From positions 218,178,001 to 218,242,000 of the forward strand of contig OZ024740.1 in the NCBI GenBank assembly GCA_964016885.1: a stretch of DNA of 64,000 bases. The letters are read 5' to 3'. The notes beneath the pieces are model-generated. The model ran no database searches. It was given only the letters and a program-made list of their open reading frames with translations, and had not been told where the DNA came from. This DNA comes from Eledone cirrhosa. Taxonomy: Eukaryota. Position numbers and translations under genes: made by a program. Below are positions 27,291 to 41,279 of the stretch, piece by piece (positions within the stretch are counted from its first letter, which is position 1; each line of letters begins with the position of its first letter).

Positions 27291-27520
27291 AATACTTTGG
27301 GAGTGTCATGCTGCCAATAAAAACACACGCACCTCTTGGTTTTCACTTCAATTCATACTAAATTTCCGGTTGCTTGGTTGGTTCGATAACCGGATGATTG
27401 GTTATATATTGTAGAAGCTCTTTCACAAAAACAAGATGATGTAGGACAAAAAAAAAGCCAGTCACTGAGGGAGTCACAGAATGGGTGACGAAAAGGCTTT
27501 GACAATATCTAAACAACCTT
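27291..27520. mobile_element. fold-back remnant of the Penelope-like pseudo-LTR with degenerate hammerhead
   Basis: 27291-27412 matches the inverted arm near 52970-53120; 27425-27520 matches 54655-54777. Confidence 0.75.
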
Positions 27521-27589
27521 CTTTTTCGGGTAGTGTTTTCGATGCTTAGAGAGTGAGATTAATCGAGTGAAGGCCTTTCCCCACTTAAA

Positions 27590-27708
27590 AAACCCTCAAA
27601 GCACAGGATCTGTTACAGGTTTGTATGGCTGGCCGTAGCCTGAAAGTGCACCATTTTCTGTAATCTGACAAGTGATTGCAATACTCTTAGCAGAGTTTGC
27701 AGCCATCA
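27590..27708 (-). mobile_element. (CATA)n-adjacent structured repeat (variant 3)
   Basis: TGATGGCTGCAAACTCT.GCTA.AGAGTATTGCAATCA directly after CATA repeats on the - strand. Confidence 0.5.
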
Positions 27709-27725
27709 TGTATGTATGTATATAT

Positions 27726-27781
<56 letters not shown>

Positions 27782-28630
27782 GGAGATATAAAGAGAGTGA
27801 GAAAGAGAGACAGAGAGACAGAGAGACAGGGAGAGAGAGACAAACAGACAGACAGACAGAGAGGGGGAGGGAGAGAGATGTAATATTTCGAACGTCGAGC
27901 GGAATCGGCTTCTGTCAAACTGAAACCCCAAGCGCCGCGGTCGAGATTTTACATATCTCTATACCCACTCTACATCTCTCCCCATGCATTGAGTACCGCA
28001 GACTCTTATCTCTCCCCCCCCCCCCCTCTCTCTCGCCCACTCTCTCTACCATCATCATCATCATCATCATTATCCTCATCATCATCGTTTAACGTCCATC
28101 TTCCACGCTAGCATGGGTTAGACGGTTTTGTTCCATTTGATGCGGGATTAGTCGGGAGACCGGTCTCGCGTGTACAGACGTGACTCTGGCGGGTTTTCTA
28201 CGGCTGGATGCCCTTCCTAACGCCAACCACATTTACAGTGTGGACTGGGTGGTTTTATATGTTTATATATATAGTGTGAGAGAGGGGGAGGGGGAGATAG
28301 AGAGAGGGAATTAAATTAAAGGTGCAAGCGTCCGTGGAATGCTCAGCCACTTACACATTAATTTAAGTTAGCTGTTTCGTCGACTGAACATCTGGAACAC
28401 ACATTGTTACATCTAATATAGATCCAAAATCCAAGATCAAATTATAAATCGTTGAAAATAACGGGAAAGGAACTACAATTAAAGTCAGGTAAGTACTCAA
28501 TACATCAAGTAGAGACAGTAAGTAAATTAATTCATTAAAAAGTGACTCTTGCAGTACTAGTACTGTTTCGTTTAGTTCAGAATTCGTCGGAACTTTAACT
28601 GGAGGAAGGTGTTACTTTTTAAATAAATTA

Positions 28631-28705
<75 letters not shown>

Positions 28706-28994
28706 AATAAGTGAATGAATGAGTGAGTGGGTGAATGAGTGAGTGAGTGTGTGGATGAATGAGTAAATGAATAAGGGAGGGGGTGACTGGATGAATGAGT
28801 GAGTGAGTGCATGAATGAATGAACAAATGAGTAAATGAATGAGTAAGTGAATGAATGAGTGAATGAATGAATGAGTTAATGAGTGAATGAGTGAAGTGAA
28901 GTAATTCCCAAGACAGCCTTTATCCACGTCAGTGAGTGGCCTCGGAGGGCAGGAGATATTCCATTATCAGTAAATGTCACGACCTCGATATTGA

Positions 28995-29595
28995 GGGAGG
29001 GGGGGGGTGATGGTGTGTAGTGGAAGTGGTGGTTAGTGGCGGTGGTGGTGGTGGTGGTGGTAGTGGTGGAGGGATGGTGGTGGTAGTGGTGGGGATGGTG
29101 GTGGTGGTATGATGGTGGTAGTGGTGTGGTTGTGGTGGTGGTGGTAGTGGTGGGGATGGTGGTGGTGACGGGGTGGTAGTGGTAGTGGTGGGGATGGTGG
29201 TGGTGGTGGGATTATGGTGGTAGTGGTGGTAATGGTGTGGTTGTGGTGGTGGTGGTAGTGGTGGTGGTAGTGGTGGTGGTGGTGGTGGTGGTGGTGTGTA
29301 GTGGTAGTTGTGGTGGTGGTGACGGGGTGGTGGTGGTGGTGGTGGTGGTGGCGTGGAGGCGGGAGTAGTGGTGGGGACGGTTGGTTGTGGTGGTGGTGGT
29401 GGTGGTGGTAGTGATGGTGGTAGTGGTGGTAGTGGTAGTTGTGGTGGTGGTGTTGGTGATGGTGGCCGTGGTGGTGGCGGCGGTGGTGGTAGTGGTGGCC
29501 GTGGTAGTGGCGGCGGCGGTGGTGGTGGCGGTGGCAGTGGTGGTGGTGTTGATGTGCGGTGCTGTGGATGGTGGTGGCCGTGGTGGTGGGCACAT

Positions 29596-29598
<3 letters not shown>
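28995..29598. repeat. degenerate (GGT)n tract
   Basis: Direct reading; source of the poly-P/H/T ORFs. Confidence 0.95.
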
Positions 29599-29626
<28 letters not shown>

Positions 29627-30033
29627 AAACATGCAAGGACAGTGTGAGTGAATGACAGATAAACCCCACCGCCACCCTCACCCTTCCTTCCATCCTTATT
29701 ACCACCATCATCGTCATCAAGCGAAAGGAAATGTCACGTGCTCACGCTAGAAATTGCAGAATGGAGTGTGGTCAAGGGTGGGGGTGGGGTGGCGGGGGTG
29801 GGTGGCGTTTTGATGAGGTGATGGGATGGGGGTGTGGGTGATGGTTCCTGATCAATAATACAGCAATTAATACTTTAGTAAAATATGTATTGCTGACTAA
29901 TGGACGACATACATACTAAACCATTACTGTATATCGATACTACCTCTCTTTCACTGAAACAGACCCACCCACACACTCACATGCATACACATACACATAT
30001 ACGCACACGCACACATACACACACATATATGTG

Positions 30034-30078
<45 letters not shown>

Positions 30079-30097
30079 ATGTGTGTTCGTGTGTCAG

Positions 30098-30239
<142 letters not shown>

Positions 30240-30358
30240 CACACACATACATACACATGCACATATTCTTACTGAAGCAACCCGTCTACACACATACACG
30301 AATATATTTATATTTAAATATTTGCACATCTATAAGAATGTATACAGGCATATCTATT

Positions 30359-30394
<36 letters not shown>

Positions 30395-30451
30395 GCATGT
30401 GTGCACAAGAATATATATGCACTCACGTTCATTAATTCATTAATTTGTCTG

Positions 30452-30514
<63 letters not shown>

Positions 30515-31176
30515 TCACACACGAACACACATACATATATATAATTTGTGTGTACGTATGCGTAACGGCGCGCGTGAGATTGGTAACTTGACACACGTGA
30601 ATCTCCCAAGGCACATCTCAATTCACTACATCGAGACAGTTGTTCACTGAGTGTTTTATAACTGATTGGAAATTACTTGGTTCTATGACCAACGCCTATG
30701 TGAAATAAATAAGCGGAAAGAAATACACTTGAATATACTGGACACAATTAATCCCTTTTGAGGCTCCAAGTATTTTAAATATTATCTACACCAAATCCGG
30801 TTCATCCACATATAAAATTTACAACAAAAAAAAAAGAAAGAAAGAAAGGTTGCGGGAATGACAAATACATTTAATTTAAGTAAAATGGCGTCCATCTTCT
30901 TGATGTTCTAAACATATGCTTATTTTGCTTAATGGTTGATCCAGTCCAGTGAAAATACACATGTAAAGAAAATATACATATATTCAATTTATAGTAATCT
31001 TCCTGCAAATCTAGATGTTTCTGCGACGACTATTCTTTTCAGTCGCTATTGAGAGAGACAGGTTTTCCGTGAAGCCGTACTATAAATAACAGACGATCAC
31101 GGGGCATTGAATATAAAGCGACGGGAACACGCTTTTATATAGAAGTCTTACCGAGCTCGTGAAAATACTTGTAGGG

Positions 31177-31491
31177 CAGTGATTTCCAACGTGGGGTGCA
31201 TGCTCCACAGGGGAGCAATTTGAATATTCAGGGGGCGCAATTTAAAAATGAAGTTAATGAGAGCAAACTTAAGGTTTTACCTTACTTTTACACCAAGACA
31301 ACTTTGGTACAAATTACTGTCGGAAACTCCTGTCTCACTTCCTCCACATGTTATTGTGCATCTGGTATCACCCATACGCCAATTTGTTTACACCTTGTAG
31401 TTGATCATCGCTGTTTTTATATCAAAGTGTGGCATGAAAATGTTTGAGATGTTGAGGTGGGGCATGGAGCACAACAGACTGGGAACCACTG
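31177..31491. mobile_element. hAT (Charlie-like) non-autonomous element/MITE
   Basis: Ends CAGTGATTTCCAA / CTGGGAACCACTG; degenerate 8-bp TSD TTGTAGGG / TTCTAGGA. Confidence 0.7.
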
Positions 31492-31934
31492 TTCTAGGAC
31501 ATTCTACTAGGAAAGATAAAGATATTTAGTTAGAAAACATGAAACACCAACGAATGATTTATATAACGCTAGGTACGCTACTAGTATAATGCGTTATTGT
31601 ACCTCGAGCAATATACTTTTATACAGCAGGCTTTGTAGTCGTTGTGTGTGCTTTTCAAGGCATGTTAGGGAAGCTTAACTAATGTTGCGTTGCATACAAC
31701 TGTAATGATTAGAAAACTCTAAATCCTCCTAGTATCTGTATATCTATCTATCTATCTATTTATCTAATCAATCTGTCTCTCTCTCTCTCTCTCTCTCTCC
31801 CTCTCTCTCTCTCTGTACATATATACATACATATATATATATCCATGTGTGTGTGTGTGTGTCTGCGTGTGTATACGACTTGTTTCAGTTGATTGACGTT
31901 TTTTCCACTATGAGGGCCATATATATATATAAAT

Positions 31935-32200
31935 ATTAAACAGAAACAAAGTCTCAAGACTGCATCGTATATAAACTTTATCCACATATGACAAATGCTT
32001 CGATATAGGTCATCTCAAGGTGCGATCATGAACATATTCTGAATATGTAAACCTGCATATCTGATGAGCAGTCAATGCAGAGTCGGGTCTCGGTCATCAT
32101 GATTGCACCATTAGCTGATCGATATCGAAATAATTGTCATATGTGAATAAAGTTTATATATAATGCAACCTTGAGACTTTGTTCCTGCTTATTTTTATTT
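31935..32200 (+). ncRNA. imperfect inverted repeat containing a hammerhead at 32055-32144
   Basis: GCATAT-CTGATGA-(long stem II)-GAA-ATAATTGT-C-ATATGT; ~70-bp mirrored arms. Confidence 0.7.
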
Positions 32201-32349
32201 ACACTCACAACTTGCAGCTGCCCTTAGCTACACAGAAGTATAAACCTTACACATGACGGACGTTTGGATTAGCATTGAGTGCTCTGGCTAGCAAACCGCC
32301 TGTAACTATTGTAACACACCTACTATATATATATATATATATATTGTCG

Positions 32350-32730
32350 GCCTCAGGAAGCTGAAAGGCAAAGTAGACTTCGGCAGGATTTGAACTCAGA
32401 ATGTAAAAAGCCGGACAAACGCTTAAGCCTTTTTCTGTCGCTCTAACGACTCTCCCAATCCACTATCCTAAACAAAACAAACATGATATACCCGAACAAT
32501 ATAATAATATCTAAAATATTTTTTTCTAACATAGGCACAAAACCAATGATTTGAAGGGGAGGGGGAAATCGATTAAATCGACTCGTATACTTTACTGGCA
32601 CTATATTTTATCGACCCCAGAAGGATAAAAGGCAAAGGTGACCGCAGCGGGATTTGAGCTCACAAAGTAAAGGACAGAAAATGCTGAAAAACGTCTTACC
32701 TAACGCTCTAATGAATCTGCCAACCCAACA
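32350..32730 (-). mobile_element. two SINE family 1 copies
   Basis: GAAAGGCAAAGTAGACTTCGGCAGGATTTGAACTC and TTTTATCGACCCCAGAAGGATAAAAGGCAAAGG. Confidence 0.75.
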
Positions 32731-33280
32731 CTTTTATAATAATTAAAATATTTACAGAAACTAAAACAACGGGTGAATTGTCTTTCTTTTGATATCTGTC
32801 CTTCCAGTGATAGCTCTGAAAACCTATGGAATATTCAACAATATCCAGGATCTCCAAGAGAAATGTTACAAGGCAGAACAAGACTACTATCGGGACTCTG
32901 ATGGTAGGGGAATTCGGAAAACTCCCCTCGAAATTCAATTGTGGCTGAATTATTATTTTTCTTTTTTTTTTGTTTAAGTGGGGGAGTAAAATATTCAACC
33001 CCTTCCCCACACCTTCTGTCTTCGGGTCCCGGACCGATGTACCGGCTGGTTCATTCTCTGATTGTCCCAACCAATAAATAGCAGTAATATACTGAAAACA
33101 ATTGTAATATTTTTACAAAGTTATTTCTGATTGGTTCATCCGTTTAACTTTCGAAAGACGGAGAAGAAACCTACTTTATAATTAATCTATTTCGTATGTT
33201 TTTCATAACGAAATAGATTAAACACAATTCTACAAATAGATTAAATGTTTACCATCATTACTACGAAACAAACAAACAGA

Positions 33281-33319
<39 letters not shown>

Positions 33320-33734
33320 ACAAATATGAAATAGATTCTCCCCTTCATAAAACTAACGAGTAGATCAATCAGAAGGATACTTGTTAAGGTAGAAACTTAA
33401 CAAGTATCCTTCCCTACCATCTACATATAATAATTTTTAGTGTTTATTTTTCTGTAATACAAACGAAATACTGTCGATGGTGGAGACTGTCAAAAGACGT
33501 ACAGAGTGATAGTAGAAGAATGAAAATAAAAACGAGTGATGGAGAAAGTATAAACTTGAACGTGAGTTGCATTAAGAGATTTGAAACTGATCGAAGTGAG
33601 CGGTATCAATTGATTAAATGAAAAGAGCAGACTACACAATTAAGTATTATATGAGTTAACATTTCCTAAACATTTAAAAAGTAATAAAGAACTTAAAACA
33701 TTTCATTATCAATGCAGTATGTTACTTAATATCT

Positions 33735-34015
33735 AAGTCTAAAGTCTGTCTTAAGCCAGAGGTCTCATTTGGTCGGTGCTTATATCGGTTTCATGGCGTG
33801 AAGTGACTGAGAGTACACGACTCCCGCCTGGAAAAACGCCAGTCCATCGCAGGGTTAAACCCCCAGCTATTGCTGGTACTCATTTTCAGCTGAGTATACT
33901 GGAGTAATGTGAAATGAAGTGTTGTGCTCAGGAACACAACCCACAACCCAGAAATCGAACCCACGACATTATGATCGTAAGTACAACACCCTTACCACTA
34001 GGCCACATGCCTCCA
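33735..34015 (-). mobile_element. SINE family 2
   Basis: Reverse complement of 23207-23441; another diverged copy at about 34250-34425. Confidence 0.8.
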
Positions 34016-35583
34016 TGTTACTTAATATAGGAAATACTATTTTCAAATTTAAGAAAATGATTTTCTCTATAATTAACAAAACTGTCACCATTTTTTATGT
34101 CACGGGGACACTAGTCATTTAATGACAATTAGTTGTAGGTTGGTACATGTGTAACAGTAATCACAGCGTTCAGACATGAAAGCGAAAGATAAAAGAACTG
34201 CAAGAACCGTGTTTATATCTATCGCTCACTTAAACTTCCGTTACTACAAGTCGGTGTTTATCTCGATTTCATTGGAATTAAATGACTGAGAGCATAAGAA
34301 TCCCTCGTCTCTGACTGGATTCTTGTTCGTCACCAGCACCTTCAACTGGTGTTGGTGCTGGCATTCATTTTTCAGCTGAGTGGACTGGAATAACGTGAAG
34401 CGAAGTGTCTTGCTGAAGGACATAATATTACTAACAATTCTGTCGTTCTACAATTGAAATTATCCTTGTCATTTCCTCGTTCGATCAATATTCAATATTC
34501 AAACTGTAATTGCCTCTGTCTTCCTTTTTTAACATAATATATTCAGACAGTAGTGTAAACATTGTAGAAGATATGGTTGCTATCTCTGGCATGTCTAGCT
34601 ATTGCGTCGATACATCTTCGTTTGGTTATTAACCTCACCTTTCCCCCAAAGTACGTTGTGCTGGGGCACACACCACCTATCATGGGTGCAAAATAACATT
34701 TTGCCTGTCTGTGTTGTAGTTACCACCAAAATCTGAAAGCGTACAGACAAACCAACGAAGAAGCCGTCACTATATAGTTGATTGACCTGTCAGAAACAAC
34801 AACCAAATCTCTCTCTTACAAATCTCTCTCTTACATGCTAACGTCTTTAAATGAAGTAGAAACATTATTTTGGTTAAAGTAATCTCAAAAATAGCCTGAT
34901 CATAACCGAAATACCTTTACATTCCGTAGAAATCAGCTTTACAGAATATATCTTAAATATCGCTTAAGAATGTTTACAAGAAGCTTGCAAAGAACACATT
35001 TCTCTTTCAAATAAAGAACTGAAGTCAATGCACATGCATGATACATATTGCTTTCTGAAGTGTTAAATGTATTTCACCATCAAAAGAGCAAGAACGAGTG
35101 AGTCTCCTCGCTCATATAAACAAACTTGTGTAATAATTTCAATTCTGTTCCTTCAACTAAGAAAGACAGCTTCCCATGTATGTTTATTGGAGCAGACTGG
35201 AACATTGGTAGTTTCGTCCAGGTCGATGCCGAGCCGAACTACGTTATAAGATACAGAAAAACGATCAATGGGAATTCGCCAATCTTCAGGAGTATCTGCA
35301 ACTAAGTCGAGGTCATCGATTTAACGCTTTAGCATTTAAATTACTCTATATTTACTGTTGTATTTTTGTGGTATAGGCTTTATCTTACATAATTATCTCA
35401 CATAATATTGAATCTACGAGATTTTGATGTTATTTATTTTGGGAATAATATCTTAACGTAAATACAAGTTGTTGGTTACAGCCAATTTGAACAAAAAGAT
35501 GTGAGAGAATTCTGGCCGGATAAGGCCGGTTTAAATGCTAAAGGAATTGCGAGCAAGGGGTTGACCGACTTCCGTACTGTGTG

Positions 35584-35670
<87 letters not shown>

Positions 35671-35874
35671 TGGAAAGAAAGACAGAGAGAAAGAAAGAGA
35701 GAGTTTATTTGTGTAACAGTGGACTATTGTCGTCAATAATAACGGCAATAGGTGAATAGGTGAATAGTTGAAGGTATTTGTGTATATATATACATACATG
35801 CCACATGTCTAAACTTCTAAAATACATTACATATTCCCCAGGTCTATTAGTGATCTGTAATTGGAATTCCCTAA

Positions 35875-35945
35875 TCAGCTGTTTCCTTCGTCGTTTGTGA
35901 ACCCAAGCTTCTCAATATCGGTGCAGAGACACTTGTAACAACATG
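35875..35945 (-). mobile_element. tiny R4-like RLE C-terminal fragment
   Basis: KCLCTDIEKLGFTNDE resembles NCLNTNLEKLGFTGTE of family B. Confidence 0.45.
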
Positions 35946-36004
35946 ACTGAGATAGGAAATACATTATGTTTATGTGTACCTGTGTAAATTTTAAAGAGTC
36001 ACAG

Positions 36005-36106
<102 letters not shown>

Positions 36107-36856
36107 GAAAGGTATAGAAAATATTGTAGCAAAAAGCCAACAGTATTCCATAATATATAAGTGACTATAACGTCAAAATGAGGAAAATTGTTAACGTATG
36201 ATGTGGGAAAAATAATTCAAACTCAACTCAAAGAGAATCAAGATATAGATTCATCCAACAGAATTTAGTGAAATCCAGGGAAAAATCAATAGAGCCTTAA
36301 CTCATGATAAAATAAAGCTTAAAATACTCATCCTTCAATTTGGAAAAAACTTCAAATGCTCTGTATATAGTCTTGAAGACTATTTCACGAAAACTTTCAG
36401 TGGAGATGGGCACGGTTGGAATCCGATCCTCAGCAGAGCTCAACTCGATAACCAAAATTTCTCACTGATTAATATGCCAAAAAGGGAATTAAAAGCAGGC
36501 TAGTTCACCATCATGCGTTATTATGAAAATAAAACGCACATGTGGAAAGACAGGGCTGGTAACGTCAGAATGAGACGAATGTTTGTTTACAAGAAACAAC
36601 AGTCAAAAACATTCCGAAAAAAACTCTACAATAAGGAGTTCAGCAAAAAGCAATATTATCGCGGTTTTTTTTATATAAAAATACCGGGATAATATATATA
36701 TATATATAATAATAATAATATATGTAGAAATAAACACAGTAAATTCTGTGTCTAAAATTACGCGGGTAGCGAATACCACAATTGTTTTATATATTTAACC
36801 TGAAACATACAGTAAGATATAAAATTTCATATAGAGACCGTATCAATAACCATTTC

Positions 36857-36946
36857 ATCTCTCGGGCAGATTAGAGATTTAATCTGTTTCGCCCTGAAAA
36901 TTGCGTTTGTAACAGATAATCCGTAGGCTTTTCGTCAGCGAGAGAT
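36857..36946 (-). ncRNA. hammerhead with mutated cleavage triplet
   Basis: ATCTCTCG-CTGACGA..GGC-GAA-ACAGATTA..TAATCTG-C-C-CGAGAGAT; GCC in place of GTC. Confidence 0.65.
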
Positions 36947-37205
36947 AAGATCAAATGAAACGAAACACATTTAACAACAACTCACAGGAGTGAATAATAC
37001 ACTTCGTGGGTTGCACGCTATACGTGGTGTGAGTGGATATGCTAGAAACAATAGCCTTATTACACTCAACTTATATGCTCACCTAGTTAGGGAGCCGAAA
37101 TACAAATAAAATACAGAGTTATTAACTCATATTGATACCCTGCTCAGTATTTATACTTTGAGCTTGTTAATTGCAGGGTATCAATATGAGGTAATAACTC
37201 TGTAT

Positions 37206-37259
<54 letters not shown>

Positions 37260-38409
37260 CATGTACACACATATCGCGTATTATTATACTTGATTTACAA
37301 ACGAGATAAAATAGTACTTAATACATGTGTTCATCCATCCATTCGAATCTGAGGCTTCACTCCGTCGCTACTTTCAGCTTCCTGTTTCCGTTTCTCGTGT
37401 CGCAGAACGGAAACGGGAAATTTAAAGTAGCGACGGAGTGAAGTCTCGGTTTAAAAAAAAAAGCATGTATGTATCTATGTATGTATGTATATATGTATGT
37501 ACGTACGTATGTACGTACGTATGTATGTATGTATGTATGTATGTATGTATGTATGTATGTATGTATGTATGTATGTATGTATGTATGTATGTACGTACGT
37601 ATGTATGTATTATGTATGTATGTATGAATGCTAGATAGATAGGTGTGTGTATACATGTGGGAAGGGAGGGGCGTATTGTAAATATGGTTTAACGTAATAT
37701 TTTTAACACTTTTTGTGTCTGTTTTTACATATATAGTATATTTCCGACGCGAGACTATTTCTTTTATTTCACAAGTCTAACGTGTTTATGAATTTTATGA
37801 ATACAGCTTCAATGGTTATTACATTTATGTCTGTAGTAATATGAAAAAGGAAAGTGAAAATTATTTGCTTTGGTTGTTCGAGAGTGAGAGAGAGAAATGA
37901 GGGTAAAATAATCTTTTCCTGAAACGACCAGAAACTGAATTCATATCAGATATCTACTTCGTTCATTCAATCTTCAAAGAAATTTCGCGACGTTATATCT
38001 CGATTTTCTGTATTTGTTGCTGGTTTATCGATTTCTTCGTATTGTTGATATAATAGAACTCTCGCTCAACGATAGAGTGGCAAATTTGGTATTTACCGAG
38101 GTCGGTTGGTATCCACACTAACAGCCACTCTTCTCCCTTATCAACCACGCGTTTCTTGTAAACGTCGCCATCTTGTTTATTTATTTATTTATTTATTTAT
38201 TTATTTGTTTATTTATTTATTTGTTTGTTTGTTTGTTTGTTTTTAATGGACTGGCTTAGTTTGGTTTCGAGAAAGGGGGCTGAACTTATGCCTTTCGAGA
38301 CCAATAAAATCGGTATAGCTAATGATCCCTTCAAACAGGTTTACGTTGATAGCATCATGAGAAACGAGCAGAAAAAGTATTTTGGAGGACGAGCGTTCTG
38401 GGGCGAAAG

Positions 38410-38600
38410 AGCGGTGGAGTGGCAGTATTGGTAGAGTCGGACACCAAGCTTTGCAGCATAGCGTTACGGTCCCTTTACGGTCTGAGTTCAAATCCCGCCG
38501 AGGTTAACTTTGCCTTTCATCCTTACGGGGGTCGATTTAATCGACTCCCTCCCCCCCCCAAATTACTGGCCTTGTGCTTATACTAGAAATCATTAATTAA
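38410..38600 (+). mobile_element. SINE family 1 (more copies at about 39570-39740, 40390-40590 and 42330-42545 on +; 42555-42640, 45385-45570 and 46088-46270 on -)
   Basis: B box GAGTTCAAATCCCGCCGAGG plus central domain. Confidence 0.85.
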
Positions 38601-39122
38601 TAAGGAGCATGGGGTCAAGATACAGCATCAGTGAAGAGACGATGAGAGACGAGTGGTGTTGGAAGGAGATCAATCAAATCCGAAGAGCGGGACCAATGTA
38701 GTTATGGTAGAATAGGGAGGAGACAGAGAGGGATGAAAGCATGTCTGTGCTGCTTCATGCCATCCATAATCAGTGGCGTGGCCTTTCTTCGGATGTGGTC
38801 TACGATATTGTATGAATAACAACAACATAGTCATAGACGTGAGCGCAGTACTACATCGTGGGTCACACCCGACCTTTGTAGACGTTTAATAGTAGTTTGG
38901 GGGGACGAAGTATCTTTGGACCATGAACTGGTAGGTCAGTCTTTAGATGGAACCTTAATTATATTGAAGGCAGGCACGCCTGTGTGGTCAATCAGTTCGC
39001 TTTGAAGCCAGCTGGTTTTGAATTCAGTCCGACTATGTAGCACCTCGGGTTGACCAATAATTGTGCGTAGAATACACAGTTACACAGATACGCAGATACA
39101 CAGACACACAGACACAGCCACA

Positions 39123-39248
<126 letters not shown>

Positions 39249-41240
39249 TTGTTTGTGTGTGTTATTTATGTCACGTAACCTAGCGGTTCGACAAAAAAGA
39301 AATCGATAAAATAAGCACCAGCCTTGAAAAATAAAAGAGTAATGGAGTCGATATGATAGACTAAATCAAGACGGTGCCTTATCATGACCACAGTCTGAAG
39401 CATGTTAAAGAATAAAAGAATAAAAGAATGTGAGTTCAGGTGGAGTAATCCTCAGTGATGTTGAGACTTATCTCTAGTGACCATGAGGGTTCAAGTTTCC
39501 AGTTGTTCAAGTTCCTATTTATACACAGTTTAGTCTATTTATGTTCATTTGATCTAAATATTAATAAACGCGGTGGCAAATTGGCGTTAAGGAGTCATTA
39601 AGATGTCAGATAGAATAACCGGTGGTATTCGCTCCAAGCTCACTGCTCTCCGGGTTCAAATCCCACTAAGGTGAACATTGAGGTTCATCCTTTTGGAGCT
39701 GTTAAATAAAGTACCAATCCAGTACTCGGATCGATATGTTTTCTCTCATTTTTACCACCGATTTCCGCAAGAAATCGGCTGTAATCAAATATGAAGAGGG
39801 TTGGGTTCCGCCAGATTTTATAATGTCCAGTAAATGCCGTATGTCTCAACGACTCCATCAGGAATTTAAGACTTAATGAATGAATTAATTAATAAACGGG
39901 AACGATGGCAGGATTGTAAGAACGTTGGTGTGCTTCCCTACAAAACATTATTGGCATTGCACCCAGCTTGGACTAAAATATGCCCTACCACCACCACCAC
40001 CACCAGTAGCACCACCACAAAAGAAAACTGGTGATAGGCTCAGGCCTAAAATGTAGAAGCCTCGACCAAAACTGATGTTAGGTCCACACCAGGTGTAAAA
40101 TACAGCTCCTAACCAAGCTGATTAGATGTCAAATATATACCCATTTCAAACTGATAATTAACTATTTAAGTAATCAGTGCTAAATACATATAAGCTATTC
40201 TCACACCTGTTATACGTGTATGAGGATAGCTTCGTGTAGTGTACATACTTACAAGTGACAGCAAAGAATATACGATTATATTTTGAAACAAATGATAGTC
40301 TCATTTGCCAACTCTCCTCCGCACCGTTTCTTCTGGCCTGCTTATACCTCAGTTAAAAATCATTATTAATCTGGACAAGAAGCCGGTAGATTGGCAGAAT
40401 CGTTAAAGAGTCAGATAGAATGTTTTGTGGTATTCAATTACATCTCTTTACGTTCTGAGTTCGAATCTCGCCGAGGTCAGCTTTGCCTTTCATCTTTCTG
40501 GGGTGGATAAAAGTCCAGTACTGTAATTGATATAATTGACTTTCTCTTCCCTTAAAATTGCTGCCCTTGTGCCTTTGTCAGAAATCATTATTAACGTGAC
40601 CAGCACTGGAAACTTATTCTTGCTACTTAATAACAGTTAAATGTCTGAGATATCTGATTGAGATAAATTAACGTTTCACTAACTACAGGGACCTAATCAT
40701 TCTCTGAGGTCAGCACCTTATATCTTCTGATACAATCTCAGAAAGCATTTGTAATACATCATGTTTAACATGAATTTTCCAGATATTATTTCTGCAGTAG
40801 CTGTGACATACATTTGTCTCCCTTTGGACCGTGATCTGACTTAATTGCTCATTTGACGTTAATTATTTTGTCTTGCAACCACCGTATCAGATATTTCTGT
40901 CACATCGCTTTATTTAACAATTCATGGAACGGAAGCTATTTGTCAGCATATCGTTATGACAAACTCAGATCGGTGCAACAACTAATGAAGTGATTAACCC
41001 AGTTTTTTGTTGTGTTCATGATAATTCCAAATTGGTAACTATGCTGTTCGATGACTAGACTATCAACTACAATCATCTTAAATGATATGTTAAACATATC
41101 ATTTATGTTGACGTAAACACTCTCTAATTTACACCCTTTTTTATTTCATGTATTGATCAAAAGAGAAAATTTTGCATTTATGTGCAAACTTTACTTATTT
41201 TGAAAGCAAATAGATTATACAATGTTAGTGTGGCTAATAT

Positions 41241-41279
<39 letters not shown>

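Noticed and set aside
27670-27709. SECIS element (ATGA..AAA on the minus strand)
   Set aside because: The spacing between ATGA and AAA is too short, and there is no matching GA quartet.
28977-29720. Proline/histidine-rich protein ORFs (also the YI-, HT-, CV- and RE-repeat ORFs throughout)
   Set aside because: Translations of microsatellites, often open in several frames, with no domain or splice evidence.
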